Shown here: one piece after another, positions 14,027 to 26,167 of the stretch
Position numbering within the stretch: the stretch's first letter is position 1
Layout: every line of letters starts with the position of its first letter
Position numbers and translations under genes: made by a program
DNA from: Kondoa subrosea
Lineage: Eukaryota
Direction of reading: 5' to 3'
DNA: 64,000 nt
Assembly (NCBI GenBank): GCA_039545335.1
Contig: BCIN01000001.1
Location: forward strand, 1,671,129-1,735,128
The notes under the pieces: generated by a model
What the model was told of the DNA's origin: nothing
The model's input: only the letters and a program-made list of their open reading frames with translations
Databases searched by the model: none

Positions 14027-15783
14027 TCAATTGATTTTGGCTACATCTTTTCGAACGAATTGATCCAATTTCCAGCCTTGTTCAGGTGTCTTGATTACTC
14101 CGGCAGTCTCTAACGTTTCTAAGACTTTCATGATCATGCCTTCTTCCACTGTACGAACATCTTGAGGATAATCGACAGTCGCCAACCAAGACTGAACATC
14201 CGAGCGATCCAAACCAAAAGTGCGCGAAACAAAATCCTGTCCAAGCGATCACACTCGGGTTTGCTGGCAGCTTAAATGGAGCCGTACAATGCTTGATCCA
14301 GTGCGAGCATTCGAGTCATTGAATTCATTGACGCTTTTCGAGAGCTTATCCAGAAATGTAGACAATTCCGTCGCATTCACGTCCGGTTTAGCAGCAATCA
14401 TCCAACTTGGCCAAGGCGTAACAACGCTGCCTATAAATCGAACTTCACCAGAATCTCGGTAAGGTTTGGTTGTGAACCTTTCTCGATCACGTCGAGGTGA
14501 GAAGGAATTAGCGGGTAGGTAAATAGAACACTGACCATTCCCAGATAAAGGCAGAGGTAGTGCCTTCATTGACACTGTCTCGAAGGTTCTACTCCTAAAT
14601 CAGCTGCGCAGGAGTACATCAATTAGCGAGCATTGTACCTTGAAGGTATCGTTTACTGAGCAGAAACAATCAGAAAGAGTATGTAAATGCGGAGAAAAAC
14701 AGAAAGTTACTTTGGAAGTCTAGTTCTTCTAGCTGCTTAAATTCCTTGTCTGCGAACCAGCCATTTTGTAATGCCATAACAGAGGCCACTGAGAACATTT
14801 TGATCAGACTATCGCTGATAAAGCTGACTTGTAGAAGCTTACTAACTTGAGATCCGCTGTGGGAGAACCCGTGTGCCTGAGTCACGAGATGCGACAAGAA
14901 CCACAATCACCCACCTTCCAATGCGAGAGATACCAATCTTGGATCCGCGAAGATCATCTATACTTTGATAGCGAGAGTCCTTTCCTGTCAGATAGTGAGA
15001 TAGCCTAAGACTAGATCAGTCGCCGAGGAAATCCCAAACTGACCTGTAATTGCTGCCCACGTTAACGGTGTGCTGACATATAAGCCGACCTGCGATTCTT
15101 GGTCAACTACCAATCAAAATATATAACAGGGCGGACAGACGAGATTGTAGTGTGTAGCTCCCTCTGAAGATACAACTTAAGTTCCAGATATTCCTTCGAG
15201 GAAGAAGTGGGAACTGACTTGCGATTCCAGCAATCAAGCTTTCAGTCAAAGCGATAGCTACATCTATTGTTCCGTCCTTTAGCGAAGCAGTCATTTGACC
15301 CGTCCCACTTCTGTATGCTCCTCGAACTGCTCATCAGGACTTCTAACCTGAAGTCAGAAAAGAAGGGCATACGGTTGCGAGACCAGTTCAAAGGATGAGT
15401 CCGAGTTTGCTAATTGCAGGAGAGGAGAGGAGAAATGTTCGGGGACTGTGGAAGGAATCTGGTCAGACATAAGTTCAGGCGCAGCGAGAGAGAAGATATA
15501 TTGACGGAGCAGGGCAGTAAAACACACACCGGAGCCTCCTGGCTGATGTAAGACAATTACATACTCACTTTGAGGTCTCACATGCTACTCTACGAAGGAG
15601 GGAGAGCTTGTACAATTGAAGAAGTGATAAAGGCCAGCGAGCAAAAGTAGAACAGATAGCTCGAGTTGGGCATGACGAGATCAAACGGAACCGATAGATA
15701 ACGGAAACAAAGCAGAGCATGGAGAGGGACAATAGACAGGACTCGATCAATAGCTTACCATAACCGATCTTGAGCTTGCCCAT
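14027..15783 (-). CDS. Type 2 periplasmic-binding-fold protein (Ca3427-like / NMT1-THI5-like substrate-binding protein)
   Basis: Spliced MGKLKIGY-VPEHFSSPLLQL, GTGQMTASLKDGTIDVAIALTESLIAGIA, KIGISRIG, SAFIWEWFTTKPY and RFIGSVVTPWPSWMIAA. These motifs recall PBP2_Ca3427-like proteins. Confidence 0.8.
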
Positions 15784-15847
15784 GTTGGCTGCTTGTGTCC
15801 AACCTTGAATGTACATTTCGAACTTGCTCCCATACATCCGCTCAGCA

Positions 15848-17137
15848 ATGATTCAACTAGAAGACCACAATGTAGTCATACAAGGTCAGCCCTGCTTCTC
15901 TCTACGTGTCACCGTGTGAAGCGAGTGCACTGATACCGAGGGAATCGCGGACAGACGTGCTAACGGAGAAGTTCCAAAAGCCTTCATCGCTGGATCAGCA
16001 GTTTGTAGACTTTGATGGAGTCAAGTATCATCTGCATACACCTCAGAAGAAGACTACTATAGTCTTATCCATGGAAATCCCATGTTGGCGAGAATTGGTC
16101 AGTGCCCTACCTCACAAATGCGGACCCCATGCTCAATAGATCAAGTGATACAGGTCCAATATGGAGCTGAAGAAGTCATGAAACGAGAATACGGTGACTA
16201 CATAACAGAAACCGAACCAGACTATTCCATCTCGCTATCTTTCCACACCGATTCATTACCTGAAGACCGAGCAGAACTCATTAGGTCTTGCTCTTTGATG
16301 AAGAGGAATGCTATGGCTGCACCATTTGAACGAGCGTTCGATTATCAGAAACAATTGGAAGCGAACCCGCCTGAAGCTGGAACGACTTCACCTTTAAGCA
16401 AGATCATGTCCATTCATTACAGGTCTGAGGAAGTGCGGTCGTAATTCAGTAACTTACTGATTTGCACATCACTTCTTCGGCAGACCTGAAGAAGCAATCT
16501 ACCTCTGTCCAGGAGTAGACAGAGTAACAGTTATTTTCAGTACCATCTTCAAAGAAGAAACCGATAGAGTCTTTGGCAAAGTCTTCCTGCAAGAGTTTGC
16601 GGACGCGAGAAAATTACCTGCTATTCAAGCTGCTCCTCAAGTCTTGTATTCCTTGAGAGAACCACCTTTGGAAATTAGGGAATTGGGTAGAGAATTAGCT
16701 ACCAGTGCGTTCTCTCCAGTCCTTCATCTTTTGAGATCGATGTTGACTTTGTGAGGGTAGCGGAAAATATGGGTTACGTCACCTTCGTCCTCTTTCCAAG
16801 ACATTTCAACAACCCAGAACGGAAATGGGCTACGATTTCAAGAATCATGTTGTTCAGAGATTACTTGCACTACCACATCAAATGTTCAAAGGTTCATCGC
16901 TATTCATACCTTTTGCACGGTTTTTGTGTGCTTAGCTTAGATATGTTGCTTGATTAACAGGCCTACATGCAGAGTCGGATGAGGCACAGAGTCGCAGAGT
17001 TCCTCAAAATCCTCAACAGAGCTAAACCTGAGGCGCAAGAGAAGGAAAGAAAGACAGCTACGTAAGTGGCATTCGAGTTGTGCGCACCGGTGCTGATCTC
17101 GTCTCCTTGTAGTGGAAGAACATTCGTTCGCTCATGA
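15848..17137 (+). CDS. ARC35: Arp2/3 complex 34-kDa subunit (ARPC2)
   Basis: [80 protein letters not shown]-stop. Confidence 0.95.
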
Positions 17138-17265
17138 GCAGGGCATGTTAACGGCAATAGGAGAGAGACACTGGGCAAAGGAAAGCTCGATTGAGGCAGT
17201 GACATTGTACAAAGATTGGAAAGTGGAAATGCATAACGAGCAATGCATGACTATTGATTTGCATG

Positions 17266-18941
17266 CTATTGCTGCTCGATTCCTTGCCACTCTTCTTCCT
17301 CCTCGTCTACACTTTGGCTTCCGTTCCACCCTTCTTTGCTAGCACCAAGCGACTGAGTCTGATCAGTTTCAATACCATGCCATTCTTCTTCCTCTTCCGA
17401 TTCATCCTTTTCTACTACCTCCTGATCCAATGTTCCCATTACAGCTTGTTCAAACAAACCTAATCGACCCAAATCATCTTCAACGAAAGCCTTTATTCCG
17501 ATTTCTCTTCCCCTCTCAATCAACTCATCAGAAGCGGAGTGAAACAGAGCCACTATCTCATCAGAAGGCAAGTCGACAGTTTGTTCTCCTGACGAAGTTT
17601 GCTGAACATGGTTCAGGTAGCAACATTTCCAAGTAAGTGTTTCCAATTGCCGAAAAGATTGTAATTGAGCGCAAGTAAGTTGATCTGGATGATGTAAGAT
17701 TTGATTCGTGGGATCCGATACACAGATAGCCTTGTAGGAAAAAATCAAGTGTTTAACGCAAGGTGGTAAGCAAACGGAAGAAAGCAAAAGAGGACCTCCT
17801 AATTCGAGAGTGGTAATGTTTGCTAGACCTTGAAGGAGATCAGTGATTTCCATAGGCTTAATAGCTGTTTCGAATTCTAATCTCGAACGAGCATCAAAAA
17901 ATGCATGAACCGGACTGTAGAAAGCTTGCCGAATTCATCCTCACCGGAAACTCCTATAAGGTTTACCGTCAGAGCGAATGATCTAAGTTGACCAGCGATC
18001 CGCAGAAGGGGTGCAGTAAAAGATTGAGAAGGGAAAGAATGATGTACATCGAGTCTTAGGCTAGTCACCGTAGCTGGAACCAGATCTATCTGCTTGACGA
18101 TTAACTCAATGCTCCCCTTTTTATGCGGCATTGCACAGATGTGCATGACTTGCAAGTTTGTGCCGGTTGGGCGCGTTGGAATCGCTGAAATCTCATTGTT
18201 GTCCTGGTCTGGTTCTTGCCAGTCTTTGCGAGACGCGTCCAGGTCGAAATCTTCGAAGTTGATCTTAAGAAATTTTTCAACAGCGGGAGCTCGTACAAGC
18301 GGATAACCAGATCTTCGACTCCGATACGACTGTCAACGATTGTAATGTCGAGACTTCTCAATGTAGCTGTAGAAGGGGAAGAGAAAAGGTTTTCGGCAAG
18401 ATCATCTAGAACGTCTGTAGCAATGCGAAGGGATGTAAGTTGTGGGATCTTGTGCCAAATCAGGAACCCTGGCTTGAACGTCGTTGTCGGGATGTTCATG
18501 GAAAAGAGTCAGATGTTCCATGTGATGCTTGTAAGAGGTCCAAGCCAGAGCTACACCCGTCGAAGTCATTGACATTGTCCTGTGCATTATCGCAGGATGG
18601 AGAAAGGGCATGCCAATAACGAGAGTCTTGATCCAGCTGCCCATCTCATCGTTCGCTTGCATAGCCGTCTCTAATGCTGATGCACTGGTTTTGCCGAGCA
18701 GATAAACGACAGAGTACAGCAAAGCGCGACTGAGAGAATCTTTCAGAAGAACGAAAACAAGGCGAAGAATGTAAGAAGCGGACCCTATAGCAAGCCAGAA
18801 CTTGTCGACAAGACAGACGCGAGCGAGAAATGCCTTTGCAGATGCACTTGGAGCGAAATGCACAAAAGGCGGACCCAAATCACGCAACGCATGCTTGATG
18901 ATTCTCTCATGAATCTCGTGAGGTAGTACTACGCTGCTCAT
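17266..18941 (-). CDS. Hypothetical F-box-like / leucine-rich protein with an acidic tail
   Basis: N-terminal LPHEIHERIIKHA...LARVCLVDKFW resembles a basidiomycete F-box. LRR-like LTSLRI / LRSLDI / LETLTW segments follow. Acidic C-terminus. Confidence 0.55.
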
Positions 18942-18984
18942 AGTATCTTCAAGAGCACTAGCAAGACTGAGCTTTACTTCGTGG

Positions 18985-19012
18985 TGTGAGAGTAGCCTGT
19001 GAGAGTAGCCTG
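18985..19012. repeat. 13-bp tandem duplication (TGTGAGAGTAGCC x2) in the short divergent intergenic region
   Basis: Read directly: tgtgagagtagcc tgtgagagtagcc tg. Confidence 0.85.
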
Positions 19013-19052
19013 ATTTCTGTCGTCAGCGCTCGTTTCTCTCTCCAATTCAACG

Positions 19053-20337
19053 ATGGCCACCTTACACGTCAAGGCAAGCCGTGAGACAGCAGTGCTCTGC
19101 ATGCGAGCTGATCATAGCAAGTGCAGTTCCCTGCTGGCAGATCTCAGCGACGAGAGGGCACTGGATTAGTAGATCCTCAGCCAGAACGCGGTCTGCTGTA
19201 TCTTCAAGAAGAGGATGGACTACTGCATTGTGAGCTCATTTTTCACCTCAATCCTATGATAGAGACTCAGGCAAAGCAAAACACAGTTTGCTGGAAGGAT
19301 GGCAGCTCTGGCGCTGTCGACGATCTCATTCTCTTTCCAGGTCAGTAGCTACATCGACAGCTGTATAGACAGCTATACAGCTACGTCGATTGATTTCACG
19401 ACAGGCGATGCATCTTTCCTACCTGTAGCCAGCTCACCTCGCAGCTACGTTCTCAAGTTCTCATCCAGCGACGCAAGACATTTCTATTGGTGTCAAGACC
19501 CAGACTCATCAAAAGATGAAGAAAGGGCCACCATAATCAATTCATTGATCCAGGATTCGACAGCTGAAGATGTAGCGATGGAAGGGTAAGCTCTAAACGT
19601 CTTGCTGTTTTCGTCCCCTCTTCTTTATACCTGCCTTTTGAACAGGTGAAATACCTGTCTCTGTACTACTATGCATTTACAATCTCATACCCTTCGCACA
19701 AGCTTTTTGCCTCGAGAACTGGGACCTGATGTTTTGCTCTTGTTTCTGTAGTACTTCTGAATCTGTCCCTCTTCCTTCCACTTCTGCTCCAACAACTTCC
19801 ACTTCAATATCAGCGCCTTCTCCACCAGCACCAGTGGCTTCTGCTCCAGCTCCAAACGATTTCGCAGCCATTCTACGTCAATTTGCAGCAAACAATAATG
19901 CTGCAGCAGCAGCAGCAGCAGCAGCTCAACAGCAAGAAGAACAATACGAAGCTTACTCCTTGCCGGATATAGCTACACCTTCTGCAATCTTGCCTTTATT
20001 GTCCAGCTCTTCTGTAAGGGAAGCGCTTTATCCTTTCTTGCCTGTTGGGCTAGAACATAACGAAGAGACATTGAGAAAAGTCTTGCATTCGAATGAGTTG
20101 AAGAGAAGTCTGGCTGGCTTGGATGCAGCTTTACGTACAGGTGTTCTTGCACCTTTCGTACAGAGTCTAGGACTGGATCATGAAGCTGCTTTAGGTGAGT
20201 TCTACTTGAGTTATAGCTTAAAACATTGGGCTCAGCGCTTCGCAATAGGTGTTGATAATTTCCTCAAAGCTATTCAAGCGAAAGCAGATAGGGAGAAAGC
20301 GAAGGAGGGAAACAGCAACGAAATGGAAACAGATTAA
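19053..20337 (+). CDS. RPN13: Proteasome ubiquitin receptor Rpn13/ADRM1 (Pru domain plus UCH-binding domain)
   Basis: FPAGRSQRREGT..PQPERGLLYL..EEDGLLH, DDLILFPGDASF, RSYVLKFSSSDARHFYWCQD. C-terminal LPDIATP..LYPFLP..SLAGLDAALRTG..GVDNFLKAI. Confidence 0.9.
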
Positions 20338-20435
20338 TCAATTTACAGGGGAGGTAACGCATGCAATTGGATATACAAATGAGTTCCGTGGTGTTGTTAC
20401 AATGATACTTCTTTCCGTCTCGCTCCATCATTCGT

Positions 20436-23400
20436 TCAGTCCAGCTGATCGATTCGTTGTCTCTCGATGACACTGGCCGACAAAGTGAGAGTAAGTCCAA
20501 CGTATACATAGCAACGTACCTTCGCTGTCTGTGATCTCTGGCAACTCGCCAGTACTTCTCGATTGAATCGGATTTCGACAGTTCGCTCAAGAGATCCTCG
20601 TCGTGGGTCTTTAATAGGTCAGGAGCAGTCCTGTAGTGTGTCAAATTCGACTTACAATGATCTGTGGTCAAGATACAACGCAATCAGCTTCTCTGATGTG
20701 CGCGCCCTCGAAGACTCACAATCAACTGGAAATTTGCTTGACCCCGACGCTCTTCAATAATGCTGGAGCAAAACTATTAGGCATAGTCAACATTATGAGG
20801 AAAGCGGGCCGGACTCATTCAAAGCGATCGCCAAAGAATGAATGTTGTCTCGATCTAGATTCGTTGTCGGTTCATCTAGAGCTAGAATACCGCAATTGGT
20901 GCCAAAACTTTCCGCAAGCGCCAAACGAATGATGATAGAAGCAAGCACTTTCTGACCAGCAGAACAACGACCTCGCATGTCCATCTCGACGCTGTCTTTC
21001 ATCATTACAACCTACACCTGTTTCAGCAGAATATCAAAGCTCGCAACCAAGGACTCACTCGGTAGTTGTATGATCGATTTCCAGCAGTCTTGCTCTCAGC
21101 ATCAGACTTGAGCAGTATCTTATCGATATCTGTATTCGAAGCGATATCAATAGCAGCTCCGCAAGCAACATTCACGATAGCGCACCTGTCCCTTGATAAG
21201 TCTTGTTCCATAAAGCTTGGATAGAATCATTGATTTCCCTCATCTTGTGCTCGTGATACTTCAAGATAGCGCTGTCCAAAGCTTTGCCGTACTTTTCGAG
21301 ATCGTCATTCGATAGCTCGTTGACCTGCAGTACTAATCAGAATCACTTCACAACGGCTTGAATTGAACATTGCGTACCTTGACTTTGATGAGCTGTTCGC
21401 GATAACGGTTCTTAATGTCTTGGTATTCAGTGTCCAGCTCATCCTTCTTCTCTCGATTCACCCTCTTCGTAGACTCGAGTTCACCTTGTAAGCGATTTTG
21501 CTAACACGTACAATTTAGCTTCTACGCTTCATGCAAGAGATGGAAGCCACCTTTGCCTGCAGCTTGCCTTGCTCCTGTCGATTCTTTTCGTACTCTGAAT
21601 CAAATTTTCGCTTGGCTTTTTGAGTACCGGCGACATCAAGAGCAGTCAATTCCTCCTCTAGGGTCTGTCGCTTGCGGCGTTGATCTCTCAAGCGAATATT
21701 GTCCATGATTTGGCGCTTGAGCTGTTCAGTCTCGGCTGCTTCTCGTTCTAGCTGAGAGATCTTGCCTTTGACTTCTTTCACGATATTGCTCTTGCCTGCT
21801 AGCTCATGCTCCAAGTCTTTGATCTTCTGAGAAGATTTGTGCAAACGGACGGCTCCATCCCCCTTCCGATAATGCTGAATTTCTGCAGAAGATCGTTCAA
21901 GCTTCTCAGAACTGCGATTGATCCCACTCAAACGTCGAGCAGCATCTCGCTCTTGCGCATCGAAGTCTTTGCGTAGGGCAGCCAATTCATCTTCCAGCTT
22001 GCGGACTGGCGCAGCAAAATCCCGAGCTTCTTGATCAAGAGTCTGTTGATCGGTCAGCAACCTTATATCTTTACATCAGGGGATTGGCAGACCTTCAGCT
22101 TCTCCGATGCACTGTCCAAGTCTCGACGCAGCTCGTCTCTCCTGCCTTCCCAAGATAGACGTTCTTTCATAGCATGTCGCTTGTTGCTCAAATCGAGTTC
22201 TGCTCTAGAATTGTTGTTTTCCAATAGCTGTAGACCATTGCGCTTCTGCTCTTTCTCGCTCGAAAGCTTCTGCGACTCTTGACTAAGTTGTCGACTGTTG
22301 CCATACATGTCAGCAAGCTAGACAACAAGTAAAAGACATGCAGCTGACAGGGTTGCATTCAGGTCATTCAGCTGTTTAGTAACATCCTCCAAGGTAGCAA
22401 TTGATCCGGTCACAGCTAGCTCGCCTTCAATGCTAAGTATAGAGCTTTCCATACTTTTCAAATCTTCAGCATGACGTGTGATGTCAATGGCAGCTCGCTT
22501 GAGGTTGTTCATTTCGCGGACTTCTTCTTTCAAAGCTTCAACTCGACCCAAAGCCTGTTAGCAAAACACAAGTATCAGGTAATTCGTTCTACTAGTTCAA
22601 GCTGTGTGGCTGACCTCTTGTTTAGAAGCTGTGTAGCCTTCTCGTTTGGCGTCTTGCTGCTCAAAATCTTGCTCAAAATTTGGGATATCTTTGGTCTTGA
22701 TGTTCTCTGCTGCTGCTGCATCGGGCAACATAGCTTGAGCCTTTGCCAGCTCTTCTTTCCATTGAGCATGTTCTTCTAGCAAAGCCGCCTTCTTTTTAGG
22801 CGCGTTTTTGATCTGATCATTCAGCTGAAATGGCATTCGACACATTAGCTTGCAAGGTGGTCGCATCTTAGGAATACGTACGAAGCGTTCGAATGCTACC
22901 ATCTCAGTTGCATTCATATCTCTTTGACAGGTGATGCAGCTTTTGCGTTGTTTACCAATGTCGAGAGATCTGGAGTAGAAGCTGACAGCGTAGTTGATGC
23001 CATCAATGTCCCTATTCAAGAAGAGTTCAGCTTATAAAGGAGAAAAGATGAATGCGTCTTACCGCTTGCGGAGCTCAAATTCGTCTTCAGCTTCTTTGAT
23101 CACGTCTTGCAACTCGCGTCCTTCGGTGACTTCAGAGATCTTTGCCTCGATGTCTATCGACCACAGAATTTGTCAAGAGATGATCTTCTATGCGAACGGT
23201 AAGACAGACCAGCAACTTGTTTGCGAAGTTTCGTCAGCTGCGACTTCGCAAAAGATACTTTGGTCTCGATAGATTGTAGTTCTCGACTTGTTGTACCAAG
23301 AGCTCGCTCGGCGCCGACCAACTCGGTCTCTTTCTCCCTGCCGACTACTTTAGTACAGACTTGCTAAACAAGAGATACTCACTTGATGGCGGAAGTGATG

Positions 23401-25865
23401 TCTGATTCCATGCTATCAGCAGTCGGCTCTGTTCCGATGAGTTTACGATGTTTTGCGGCACTTCGATCAATCCTAGATCTTGTGTGATCAGCGCGGACGC
23501 ATGAATCTGCTACGGCTTGACTGACCCGCTTTGCAAAGCTTGCTCCTTCTTCGCTTTATTCTCTCGGATAAGCTGGAGCTTAGATCGAACATCTTGCTGC
23601 CTTGTAAGCGAAGCCATGTCCTTTTGCAAGTTATCTCTTTGCAATTCCAACTCGCGAATTTCGGCCGCTTTGGCTCGTAAAGTGGTATCGTACTTAGCAC
23701 CATCAAATTCTTGCTTAAGACTAGCATGTCTTTTTTGGTTCTCTGCTAAAGTCTCTTCAGCGAACTTGATCTCGCCTTCGGTAACTCGGCAATTGTCGAT
23801 ACGAGAAGTGTAGTTGTTGATGCTGGTCTGATGCTGAGTCTGTTCACCACTATATCAGACGTATTTCCGATGGTAGAAATGAGCCCCACCATCTGAGATT
23901 TGATGTTTCGTCGATTTTCGGCAGAACTGGCTTCTTTGGCTTTCAAACCAGAGATCTCGCTCTGTTTCGCGTTCTCTTCTTTCGAGCGGGTAGACTGTCA
24001 GATACCACCATGTTTAGTCTAAAACAGGACAAACAGCAGGTTTGTGCTGACCTTGATCTCACTCAACTCGGCATCGAATTTCCTCGATTCAGTGCTTAGT
24101 CTCGTTGCAAACTCTTCGATCTTGTCATCTTCCATTGGAGTGATATCAAAACCGGCAATGTTATGCTGTCCAGCCAGTTGCACAACCAAGTTCTGACGAT
24201 CAGCAAGATTACGTTCAAAGCGCTGTCAATTTTGATCAGCGTGTACGAGTTTTGCAAGCTGGTGATACGGATTTACCTCTCCTTCAGCTTTCAGTTGACC
24301 CATAGCAGTATGCTGCCGATTCAAGCTTTCGGAGGTTTTTGTCAAATCCGCTTCCTTTTCCTCAAGTGACGTGTACTGATCAGTCAAACGAGCTTGATGC
24401 GATTGCACATGTTGTTGAAAGTTGGTGAGTTTACCTTGTAGTTCGCTATCCGAATCGTTGAGGACTTCAGTGGTTTCAGCAATAGAATTGAGTTGATCTT
24501 CTGCTGCGGTGATTCGATCCTGCAAAGAAGCACCAGTGTTGATGATTTCCGTGTACTTTGTAGCTTGTTCATAGAATTTCTGATTCTGAGTATACATAGT
24601 CTTGATCTGTTCGTCAAGATCGGAAACTTCAATCGTTTTGTTGTGGATTGCAACTTGATTTTCATCGATGCTAATCTGAATCTGTACTCAAGAATGGGTT
24701 CTCAGCGTCGGTGCGCGCACGTCAGACCACCCCTTGCGCACCTTCTTCGCTCGTGCTCGATCGTTCTTGAGTGCTCCCAGACGTTCTTTGTCGACTTTCA
24801 GCTCAGCAGTTTGTTCTTTGCGGATCGATTTGATCTGATCCAGAGCTTTGGTGTACCTTTGAAACTCTTCAGCTTTGATCCAGCCCTTCTTTTCAGCCAG
24901 AAACACACTTTGTAGCTTCGAAGATGTCGTCAAATTTCTGTGATCCGACTCATTCTTCAGCGCTTAGCACAGAAGAATGGAGTTCGATCACCTTCTTCAA
25001 TGCAGCAGGTTCAGCTAAAGGCCAATTGCTATCTTCCTGGTGACAGAAGATGACATTCTCCAAGATTGCTTTACTGACACCAAGTTGTCTCGGTACTTCT
25101 TCGTCCATTTCAGCACATTTTGTAGAAAGAGTACGTCTCTGTTTGATGAACGATGAGCTCATCAGTATTAAAGCTGAAATGCAAGTCGTCTATACGGACC
25201 GCTTTATCGTCATCTTTGTCTCCAGCGAAAGTAAGAGTACCTTCCAAAGTCTTCATACTCAGAGTACCAGCTTTACCCTTTTTAGTGACTTGAAGTTTCC
25301 TGGTAAGAACTAATCTCTGTTTCTGAACATTCTTGAATCTCAAGCGAACTTCAGCTTTTACTTCTTGTTCTCCAGCAATCTAAGACCACATATGAGATGG
25401 TAAGATTGGAAGAGAGGAAGGGGATAGATAAAGAGACTTACGGTTGGATCATGAACGAAAGCTCCGCCTTTGGTGTTTGGAGGAAGATCTCCAGTTGTAG
25501 CATACTTGAGACATTCAATGATAGTCTGTTACACAAACACAGATCTTTAGCTTGGACTGTTCTTATTCGGAGAAGGAGAGACGCACTGTCTTGCCGCTTC
25601 CATTGTGTCCGACGATGACCTGGACAAAGAATCAGATTGTGTGCTAGTTGCGTGGTGGAAGACACACAGTCAAAGGTGTATAGAATTGCATCACAGCAAG
25701 TTCTCCAGGATCCTATGAGCCAGATCAGCCTGGCATTCAATGGCTGGTACATAAGTGAAACTTGCGAATGATCGAATGCCGCGAATAGCCTTGCAGCACA
25801 GGATTGAGCATTCATACACACGACATAGATGGAGAGAGACTCACGAGCTTCTCTAGCTGTGACAT
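20436..25865 (-). CDS. RAD50: DNA repair protein Rad50
   Basis: MSQLEKL start, Walker A region [26 protein letters not shown], zinc hook CITC, and [37 protein letters not shown]. Confidence 0.95.
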
Positions 25866-26017
25866 GTTGGTCTTGTAGTGAGAGAGTGGAAGCTTGGAAG
25901 CAAGATTGCATCTTTTCCAAACACTGCGATGTGATCAATCCCTTTGCTTTCCTCCGGGTCTAGATAGTCTGCTTTGATACTTGCAGTGTACATGCGACAC
26001 TTTGACTGTCATATACA

Positions 26018-26167
26018 ACGCGTTTTTCGTCTGCATGACATCTGCTGCGTGATGTAAATTTATGCGGCTTCTTTCAATTCTATCTTTTTCTCTATACTGC
26101 CTGTCGCGTTCGCTCTATGTCTGCTTAATGTCAACACTACGACAGTACATTCAATTCCATTGCGCGT
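26018..26167. promoter_or_regulatory. Cluster of MCB-like CGCG elements upstream of RAD50
   Basis: ACGCGT at 26018-26023, TCGCGT at 26104-26109 and GCGCGT at 26162-26167, all 150-300 bp upstream of the RAD50 ATG. MBF-type control of repair genes is known in yeasts; function here is inferred. Confidence 0.3.

Noticed and set aside
15446..15758. TPP riboswitch in the long intron of the NMT1-like-fold gene
   Set aside because: The conserved CUGAGA and CUUGAU..GGAUAAU..GCG aptamer elements are not present in order on the transcribed strand; only a partial UGAACUU match exists.
17270..17400. Duplicated EEEEEW(H/Q)GIE motif at the C-terminus of the F-box-like protein
   Set aside because: Real, but short and low-complexity, with no supportable function.
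19640..19735. C/D snoRNA inside the long RPN13 intron
   Set aside because: A CTGA and a short terminal stem exist, but there is no acceptable C box (RTGATGA), and the possible rRNA complement is only about 9 nt.
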